Shown: positions 55,184 through 64,000 of the stretch, piece by piece
How the letters are laid out: every line of letters begins with the position of its first letter
Position numbering within the stretch: position 1 is the stretch's first letter
Source of the DNA: Euglena gracilis
Taxonomy: Eukaryota
DNA length: 64,000 nt
Reading direction: 5' to 3'
Assembly: GCA_039621445.1 (NCBI GenBank)
Contig: CP154954.1
Span: 21,650,954-21,714,953, forward strand
Program-made: the position numbers and the translations under genes
The notes under the pieces: model-generated
Seen by the model: only the letters and a program-made list of their open reading frames with translations
What the model was told of the DNA's origin: nothing
Database searches by the model: none

Positions 55184-58100
55184 ATGGCCGCGGAGTTCGA
55201 CCCGGACGCCCTGCTGGACTCCCTCGTCCTGCCGCCCCCCGCGGACGACGTGGACGCCCTGCTGGAGGCGGCCCTGACGGAGTGCACCCCGGCCCCGGGT
55301 CCGCTGCCCCCACCCCCCTGGTCCATCGCACACGCAAACACCACCCGCGCCTAAACCAACCACTGGACCAGGCACTCCAAGCCCCCCCCCCCCCCGGGGG
55401 GGGTTGGTCGTGGGTACAGGCTGAATGATGGCACCATTGTATGGCCGGGTGTGGGAAGGGTCACCCCTGGTCCGGCCGGGGTCGCCAATGCATCTCGATG
55501 GAAGAACACAAATGGCGCAAAGACGGGAGGGGTGGAGCAGGACGGGGGGGGGGGGCTGTGACATACATTGTTAGAGGTTGCCGTTGAGGGCAGGGGTTCA
55601 GGTTTGGGATAGGATTAAGGCTTTGTATCCAGTTCAGGGTGAGGGACCAGGTTAGGGCTGGTGTGACGTCGGTGGTGGGAAGGAAGCGGCCACAGAAATC
55701 ATCCATAAATCTTCCGCCATTTCAGCCTCAATTCAACCTCTGCCAAATCGGGTTGGATTCCGTAATTCTTTGGGGCAAATCACAAATTGCTTTTCTGACT
55801 TCTGCGGTGTGTCACCACCTTGCAGACTGCATTGTGCTCGCCCAAAAAGCACACCGGCCAAAGAACCATCAATGACACCAGTTCGGCTGTGTTTACCTCT
55901 GTTTGTTGCTTTCTCAGACCCGCCGAAACCAGCAGTGCTCGATCGAGCCGTGTCGTCCACAACTCCACAGCCCAGTATTGCCCCCCCCCCACGCATTGTT
56001 GTTTTCGTGCTGGCTTCGGCTTCGGCTTCGGCCTTGCTTCGCTCCCCCCTTGGGGTCTGGTTTCCCTGCCCCCATACCCATCCATTCCCCCACCCAGTGG
56101 CAATCAGCCAAACCGTCCACTGCCCTCCCCAGGGCCCCTCGGCCAGGGCTTTCAAGAATCCCTGAAACCCCATGGTTGGGGGGGAGTCAGCCACCACCCC
56201 ACCCACGTCCTGATGAAGGGGGGGGGGGGGCGACAATCCCCACCCATAGGCTTTCCCATATTTCCCGGGCGACGATTTTTAGGTCAAAATTTCCTTGCTG
56301 TGGTGGGTGGGCGGGGTCGACCCACCCTCCCCCCACCTCCCGGTTGGCCACACCCCTGCCCCCCCCCCCGTCTCAGGGCCGGTGGCTGACCCTGTGCCCG
56401 ACGCCTTCGCCCCAGTGCCTCCTGACCCTCCTCCCTGGCTGACGGGTCTCTCCCTCCGCCGCCTTGACCCCCCATAATTTTTTTTTGGAAAATGGAAGGT
56501 TTTCGGACCGACCAAACCCCAGCACCTGACTCCCCACCAGCCTCTGACCACAGACACCTGAATGAAGTTTTCGCAAAAGCATCATTCTGGGGGAGGGTTC
56601 CTGCAATGAGGATTTCGGGTATCAACTCATAATGGTGATACGGTCGCGTATATTCTTCAAATTCAAGTATTTTATGGTTGGTGACCTGGGAAGGGGGGGT
56701 GGCGGCTGGGGGAGCATAAAGCACCAAGAAAAAATTGGACCCCAAAAATGCCCCGCAAAAGCAGGAGCGGGTGGTGCCCCCCACTTCCCCCGGTTCCTGA
56801 AAAAGAAAAGCTTTCGATCGAAACATATGCTCTGCCCCAACACAGTGCTCTTATGCCTGCAACCCCGGCCACCAGCAGCGAACCTTCTTTCGTTGCCCTC
56901 CCCCCACGTCTGCAGCCGACGAGTTCCACGCGGAGGATTTTGCGCCGCCGCTAGAAGATGTGCTGCAGGCCACCGCGGCTGCCCAGGGCCTCGCTCCTCC
57001 AACCCTGTATGGTGCTTTGGGGTTTGTTTTGGGTGTTTTTTTCTGGATTTTCTTGCTTCTTTTCAATTTGGCGAAGTTCACTGATTTGTTGTTGTTTTCT
57101 CCGCCAGGTTTTTTCCTCCTCGAATTTCGTATTTTGTCCAGTGAAATTGTTCCAATATCATCTATTCTATGAAAATTCGCATTGTGGAATTTTGATGAGT
57201 GGCAAAGCCACAAAGAAGATTTTGCAGTTCTTTTTGGCATATTTGGCTCCAAAGTCCTTGAAGACTGTTCTTCTTTTCCACTCGCGTTTTGGATCCCATT
57301 GTGTTTCTTCCCTCTTTGTGAATGTCATTATGCACATGCATATGAATGCACACCAGAGGGTCAGATCCAAACCATAAAGAATTTGTGAAGAGTACTGCGT
57401 GGTGCTGTGTTACTCGGTTGTGCATTCCATTGTGATGTGCATTAAAAACTGAAATGGAGCGGAGACAAGTGCATGAGGTACAGGACAGAACGGAGCTCCT
57501 CCCAGCTCTCTGCCTTGTTGTTCTGTGTTTAATTTCATTTCTGCTGCAGGCCTCCCGAGGCCCAGGGTGCAGCAGACTACGACCCAGTATTGCCCACACC
57601 TGAGGCTGCGGGGGACGTACCTGTTCACACCTACACCCGCACCGAGCCGGCTGGCCAGGCAGCATCGATCCGCTTTCCAGGTGTCACATCCCCCTCGTTC
57701 TGAACAGCCAATGTGCCGTGCATTTTCCAGTATAATACAGCAAGTTTCCCAGAGTCATATTTATGTTTATATAGAAGGATTACCATTTATTTTTTGCTGA
57801 TGGTAGAGCACAATCAGGCATGACAACAAGAACAAGCTGCACGCACACCGAAGAAAAAGTATTGGATATGATTGGGTAAATGAGAAAAAAGCAGTCTTCA
57901 GAATAATTGGTTATTTTTTTGGCAGAATGAGCCAGTATGGCACAGGATGCCAAAAGCACCCCGGTGGAGGGCTGTGTATTTGGAAACGTGGGGCTTGGCT
58001 TTGGGGAAGCATTTCATGCTGCCAGGTCTGCATCGCTTCTCTACCCTGGACGAGGTGCTGGGGCGTTTCCTGGTGCGCAGCATAGCGCTGGAGGTCTCTG

Positions 58101-61100
58101 TGGTGCCAACCAAGCTCCTGCACCGCCCCCGCTTCCCTCTGCCTCCAATCCAACGCCCGTTTTATCCGTGGCCTCTGAAATTATTCTTGTGCAGAGGAAT
58201 CCACACATTGCATTAATATGCCAACGCGTATTTAATTATGTGTTATGTGTTATTTTTCTCTCAATTTGAAGCACATTTTCTGATTCCAGGTGTTTCATCC
58301 CAAGTGACAAGTGTTTTCCCAACTCGCCCACACGCAAAGGCTTGATACCAGATATGGGTCTGGGGCTGAGGGTTGGCAGGGACATTGATGCAGGTGAAGT
58401 GATCTTTCACGAGAAGGTGTGTTGCACGAATGTCTTCTTTCTGGATATACGTTTAATTCCACCATTTGGATATGTTTTGAATGCATATTATATATTATAT
58501 ACAATATATTATATATTATTCTATTATATATGTCATATTTAAAAATGGTATATATATTATATTATACATATTATATTTTATATTATTATATATTATATAG
58601 TATATACACCACATGTTATAACATATACATGTTACACATATATTATATGATATATGTATATTATATATGTGTATGTGTGTTATTTGATGGGTGACAATAT
58701 ATCAGCAATAAGAACTCCACTGACAACCCTCTGGCAAGGCAGATAATGGGAAGGTAATATTGCATACAACCGGTGCCCCAGGCCGCCTTCGCGGTGGTTA
58801 GCAGCGACGCCAGCCCCGCCTCCTTCCTCCCCGCCTACCTCGCCCTGCGGGCCGGCCCCCTCCACGCCGCACTGGGGCCGCTGCTGGCCGGCCTGCCCCG
58901 CGATGCCAGCGTGTCTCCGGTATGTGTGTGTAATGTATGGTATGTACAGTATGTACGGCGCGTGTATGTAATGTATGGTATGTACGGTACGTGCCTTCAA
59001 CGGTCTCCAGTATATGTACGTAATGTACGGTATGTTCGGTAGGTACGGTATGTGTGGTACATGCACGCATGTATGTATGGCACGTGTCTCCAGCGTGTCT
59101 CCGTACCGCCCACCCCCTTTTTTGTGGCATCAAGACCAAATTTTGGTGACAAAATTATTGGCATATGTCATGCAGGCTTGCTTGTGCTTGAGTCAACCAC
59201 TTCATTTTCAGATCTGTGGTTCGATATTGAACATTCCCTTGGGAATTGATTATGGTTGTGCTGGAGGAGAGGGTTGCAAGCGGGCAAGTGGTGTGCCCAG
59301 GGTCCCGGGGTGTTCCAGGAATTGGTACCCAAAAAAATGACCTGACCCCAGGGTTTGATATAAGGAGGGTGTAAGGCTTTGGGGGGGCTGGGTCCTGACC
59401 ACTCCTCATTTCCCAAGGGGGGTCCTGACCGAACCCAGGGGTACCTGCTCCCCCCCAAGGTTTTCTTCCGGTTGGCAATTTGGACAAGTTTTTTTGCCAA
59501 AAGTGTCCAAAGTTATATGTTGGGTCTGCGTTGGGGGGGAACCGGCCCCTCAAAAAATATCATCCAGCCGCCCATCCCCTCCCCGGGGGGTCTTAGTGCC
59601 ATCCGTCATATCATTGCGGTCAGTGCCATACGCCATGTGGTTACAGTAAGTGCCATACCCCAAACGCCATATGGATGGTCAGCCCCCCTGGTCCAAGGAT
59701 CGATATAAGGAGGGCGTGCGGAATTTAGGTGGGTGTTGCCCCCACCCCCGGATCGGAGGGGGTCCAGACCACCCCCCTCCACCTGCCAGTAGGGCCTGGA
59801 CCGATCGTACCCAGGCCACCCCCAAAAAAGAGCACTTTTTTTTTCCTTCTAGCACTTCACGCCGAAGATCTTTTTTTTGCATTTTTGACAAATTTTTGCC
59901 CAAAATGTGCCCAAAATGGCACTTCTGGCGGTTTTGGGGGTCAGAATTTTTCGGCCCAGCACAAAGCGCTGGGCTGAAAATCGGACACCCAGATTGCGCA
60001 ATTGTTTAGGTGGGGGGGTCCCCCCCACCCCCCCTCCTGAACCGAATCCAGGAGTCTGAACCCCCACCTGCCCTCTTTACCCCTCCCAACACAGGCGGAG
60101 AGCCAGGCCCTGACGGCCGCGTTCAACGCCCTGCCTTTCGCCCAGCGCGGCGGGCTGGCCGCGGCGGACCTCCTCGCGGCGTACGGCGGGTTCCGCGGCA
60201 ACGGGCTGGAGAAGCGGGTGCAGTTTGTGGACGGCCGGCAGGAGCGGCCCGCCAAGGTGTGCAGGGGGGCTGGGCGGGGCCTGGAGTCTCCCCAATAACG
60301 TGGCTTGATCAAGCTTAATTTGAAGTTGAGGCCGACCCCCACCCCCACCAGGGAGAGCTGCAGGGGTTGCCCCGGGCAGGCACCCAAGGGGGGGGGGACA
60401 GCGAGACCCCCCGGGTGGTCGAATCAACCCGGTGTCCTTGGCCCCACGTGTCCGACAAAATGAATGTGATTTGCTACTGTTGTTAATCAGAAAATGGCAT
60501 TTGCTTTTTCTTTCCCGCCCTCTCGCTCCCCCCCCCCTATCTGTCGGTAGGATTTTCAGGAGCACTCTTCCCACCCCCCCCACCCCCCCGCCACAGGCCA
60601 ACGTGCATTGCCTCTTCCCCCTCGCCTCCCTGCTGAACCACAGCTGTGCCCCCACCCAAGCCGTAGCCCCCCCCCCCCCCTGGACTGGTTCCCCCCCCCC
60701 GTCCACAGCATGTGTGGCCTGGGGGGGGCAGGGGGCAACGGTCTGCCGACCCAACACGGGCTGCACGATCAACCTGCTGGACGTCCCAACCCCCGGCCAG
60801 GGGATGGCCAGCGAGTCGGTCCAACTTGTGTGCCGGGCGACCCGCCGCATCCCCCGGGTGTGATTTGGGGTTCACGTGGGGGAGGTGTAGGTGGGTGAGT
60901 GGGTGGGTATGTTGGAATAGGCGTTGAGTGCCGTTGATTTGCTTTTCGCCAGTTTTCTCATGTTCAGCATCAACGATTATCTCGTTTCAGAAGCAACTTT
61001 GGGAGTTTGTGTCCATATTCCGTTTTCCCTCATTATCTTGGCGTCCCATTCTTAAGGGTGAGGTGCTGCAGATGGTCAGAGCTGACAGTCAAATGAAAAA

Positions 61101-63024
61101 TGCAAAAAGCAGGTTTTTCACCAAAAAGGCATGATGTGTGAAATCTCATGAATAAATCAATCATGACCAGGCTTGTGCTTAGTCGGGTGCCTACCCCACG
61201 GGGGGGGGGGTGCTAGGGGCAGGCACCCCATAGCACACGATCCGACCCCCCCCCGGGGGGGTAGGGTTTTGGGGGGTGCCTGCCCCTAGTAGGCACCCCC
61301 CTCCGACCCCGGCGCCGGGGGTCCGGAAACGGCCATTTTCAATGAAAATTTCTGTTTCCGGCCCGGACCCCTATCCCCCCGGGGGGGGGGGGGTGCCTGC
61401 TAGGGGCAGGCACCCTATAGCACCCACCCCCCCTCCCCCCCTGGTTGGTAAGCACAAGCATGATCATGACCATGCAAGTCTATTCTTCCCAAAATAAATC
61501 ATGTCAAATCAAGTAAAAAAATTGTTATTGGGGTTTTTTGTCTGACAATTTTTTTTTAAGTTGAAGCGCAACAAAGCATGTAAAAGTGTCATTGTAGTTT
61601 TTACCTTCCTCCCCGTCTCACGTGTTGTCTGAACCACACATTTTCTTAATTATCACCATCAAGTAGTCGACTGCTGTTTTTTTGCCTCCCAATATGTATC
61701 CCAAGACGAAGATCATACATATGCTCTGGAATTGATAGTTTTGGAGCCAAGTCATACAGTTACCTCTGTCTTTCTACAGTACCAGAGAAAATTTTCCTCC
61801 GGGAAACCGTTTCAAACAACAAAAAGTTGCGTGAAAAATACAGAATGGAAATTCGTCCTTGACAGGGTAGAATGAAAGGCCATCCCCCCGCAGGGGTTGC
61901 CTGCTTGGGCAGGCACTCCAAGGCACCCAGATCCCCCCAGGGGGGTTGAGGCACATGGCCAAAAGTGCTTGGGCACTCAGCCAAGGCACTTCTGGCAAAG
62001 GTTTGTATACCTCCCCCTCTAAGTCCAGCGAGTGAGCTTGTCCAACGACCCCCCCCCCAGTCAGATGCGGTCTTTTTGGATAGCCTGTTCATTGGCATGT
62101 TTGTGGAAACAGCTCTGCAAAAAAGCGTGGCAAGAGGAAGATTGTGATTCGGAATCTTTTTCAATGACCGTTGATGGAGATCGCAAGGAATCATTTCGCG
62201 GCGTTGTTCCGAGCTTGGGCGGGGAGGACCTTTTGGATGAGAGGTCCTTCCGCTCTTCCAGGGGGCAGCGCTGCACATGAGCTACCTCGATCCCCAAGAA
62301 TTGCACGACCAGGGCTCGGTCTGAGGGGAATGCGGGAGTCAAATGGTTTTTGGTGGCCGAGTGTGTGGGTAGGTGGGTGGCTGAGTGGGTGGGAAAAGAG
62401 GGGGAAAATGGTCATGGGGGGGCAGTGGGGTTCTTCGAGGGTCTTCGGGGGTGAGGGATTGGTGCCAAGGGATGAGCAATGCCACGATAGGAAATTTTTT
62501 TGGGGCATGGGTTGTGGTGCCTCCGTTGAAGGCAAGTTCAGTAACTTCGTGCAGCTCTTTCATTTGTGTCGCATCAGCAACCCGTGTCCATCCACAACGG
62601 ACGCATTTCACGGCGTTTGCCCTTCCTGTGGCAATGTTCCCCCCTTTGGCACTCCCGGGGGCCGCATGCCCCTCACGTCCAGTGTGGGTTCAACCCCTCC
62701 CCATCCCCAGGGTTTGATATAAGGAGGGCGTACATGGTTTAGGTGGGGGGGTGTCCCCCCCACCCCCCCCCCTCCTGGCCTGCAGGGGGGGTCCGGACCA
62801 CCCCCCCCCACCTGTCTTTATATCGAACCCTGCCCATCCCCCCCCCCCACAGCCAACTGGGCCCGGTTTGGCTGCCACCAAGCCCTGGGCCCGGCCCCCC
62901 GGCCCAGCGCCGGGCGGCCCTCCTCTCCGCCCGGGGCTTTGACTGCCGGTGCGAGGCGTGCCGGGCGGAGCTGCAGCCGGGGGCCAGCACGGGCGGCCGG
63001 TTCCGCCTGTGCTGGCGCCGCTGA
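55184..63024 (+). CDS. SET-domain (SMYD-like split SET plus post-SET) lysine methyltransferase
   Basis: Exons 55184-55298, 56377-56445, 56916-57006, 57550-57680, 58026-58107, 58350-58416, 58782-58919, 60095-60256, 60597-60653, 60753-60857, 62262-62306, 62893-63024. Motifs: LEVSVVPDMGLGLRVGRDIDAGEVIFHE (SET-N), LFPLASLLNHSCAPN, VCRATRRIPRGAALHMSY, RRAALLSARGFDCRCEAC (post-SET). Confidence 0.88.
58108..58349 (+). other. Nonconventional intron, gene 3
   Basis: cc|aac CAAGCtccTGC ... GCAaagGCTTG atacc|a. 3+5 geometry, restores SET-N LEVSVVP|DMGLGL. Confidence 0.75.
60654..60752 (+). other. 99-nt nonconventional intron, gene 3
   Basis: ccc|acc CAAGCCGTAGCCCCC ... GGGGGCAACGGTCTG ccgaccc|aac. Removal yields the canonical SET motif NHSCAPN. 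Confidence 0.75.
61168..61462. mobile_element. hAT-like MITE related to family A
   Basis: TIR caggcttgtgctta/taagcacaagcatg, perfect 8-bp TSD atcatgac. Confidence 0.9.
62307..62892 (+). other. Nonconventional intron, gene 3
   Basis: cac|gac CAGGGCTcGGT ... ACCaAGCCCTG ggccc|ggc. CAG...CTG ends, 3+5 geometry, in-frame join ELH|GPPAQRR. Read-through hits TGA. Confidence 0.82.
62708..62832. mobile_element. 125-bp hAT-like MITE nested in a nonconventional intron
   Basis: TIR cagggtttgatataa/ttatatcgaaccctg, perfect 8-bp TSD cccatccc. Related 5' ends occur at ~59349 and ~59694. Confidence 0.85.
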
Positions 63025-63253
63025 GGCCAGCACCACAGCGACGCTTTGGGGGGGGGGGGGCACTTTGGTGGAGTTGGTCGGTTGCCAGGGAGGGGAGCCT
63101 GGTCAGGACAGAAGTATACAATTCATTATATAAATAATAATAATATAATACAATATATTTATATATTATTACAATTATATAATATCATGTAAATATAAGT
63201 ATGATATGTGGTAATACAATGCAAGGTGGTAATGCAATCCAGCAGGTACAACG

Positions 63254-63391
63254 TTGCCGTGCCACCTGCATGCGAGCATTTTACAGGAGGTCAAACAGTC
63301 ATTTAAGGTGTTTGAAGCTCCACATTTAGCAAAAAGATTCAATGGATCAATGAGAATTCAAACATCGTCCACCAAATCCACCGTTTGCCAT

Positions 63392-63490
<99 letters not shown>

Positions 63491-63654
63491 CACACACACT
63501 CACAAAGAAATGGCAATGATGGATTTGGTAGACGATGGTTGAGTTTTCAATGACCCATTGAATGTTTTGGTAAATGTGGAGCTTCAAACATTTTAAATCC
63601 CTCTTTGACCTCCTGTAAAATGGCTTTAAACAGCTTGAATGGTGCAAATGGCAA
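63254..63654. repeat. Foldback inverted repeat (~135-bp arms) enclosing a (CA)n tract
   Basis: cattttacaggaggtcaaa...tgtttgaagctccacattta versus taaatgtggagcttcaaaca...tttgacctcctgtaaaatg. (CA)n at ~63393-63499. Confidence 0.85.
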
Positions 63655-64000
63655 ATAATATGTGTCTTTTGATATGATGGGGATCCCATGCTCTTGGCTT
63701 CAGCAACTTCTCCAACAAGAACCTAAAACTGAGGCACCGGAATTGTAAATTACAATTGAATTGACAAAGGTTGTGATTTCCCCGCAGTTTCACCTTTTAG
63801 CATGTTCAATTTTCACATTCAGAGCAACTGTCCCACAATAGACATAGATTTTTTTTTAGATCCCACCTGTATTTTTTTAAATTTCTCTATGATTTTGTCA
63901 ACGCCATTGTATTTTCTCAAAAAGGTTTTTTGCATCCATCATTTTAACTGTCCTTTGAATTTTTTTGTCCAATATTTTTCGACAAAATTTTCTCGCAGTG

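Noticed and set aside
56980-57570. Possible nonconventional intron (cagggcctcg ... cgaggcccag)
   Set aside because: A phase-compatible GT-AG solution (57007-57549) exists, so it cannot be called without cDNA.

Overview
Eukaryotic nuclear DNA, most likely from a euglenid (inferred from the intron type). Short GC-rich exons are scattered through long, repeat-filled introns. Three + strand genes can be reconstructed by hand: (1) about 4.9-29.2 kb, an uncharacterised protist protein with repeated 'SVFxxLY'/'xFxPxI'-type motifs; (2) 35518-53546, a ubiquitin-like + UFD1 + TRAF/XAF1-type zinc-finger protein; (3) 55184-63024, a SET-domain (SMYD-like) protein. Most junctions are GT-AG, but 11 have no in-frame GT-AG solution that I could find. 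These are best explained as nonconventional introns whose ends base-pair, usually with 3 nt before and 5 nt after the stem. The same window holds several MITE families with CAG...CTG terminal inverted repeats and 8-bp target-site duplications (hAT-like). Because 3+5=8, such splicing would remove exactly one element plus one TSD copy, and one intron (49669-50781) still has a perfect 8-bp TSD. This suggests hAT-type MITEs act as intron generators for the non-GT-AG splicing system. Also present: two ~3-kb CTTAGG-terminated elements with 5-bp TSDs, an element carrying a ~162-bp tandem array, several foldback hairpins and large microsatellites. Gene models are manual and lack transcript support.
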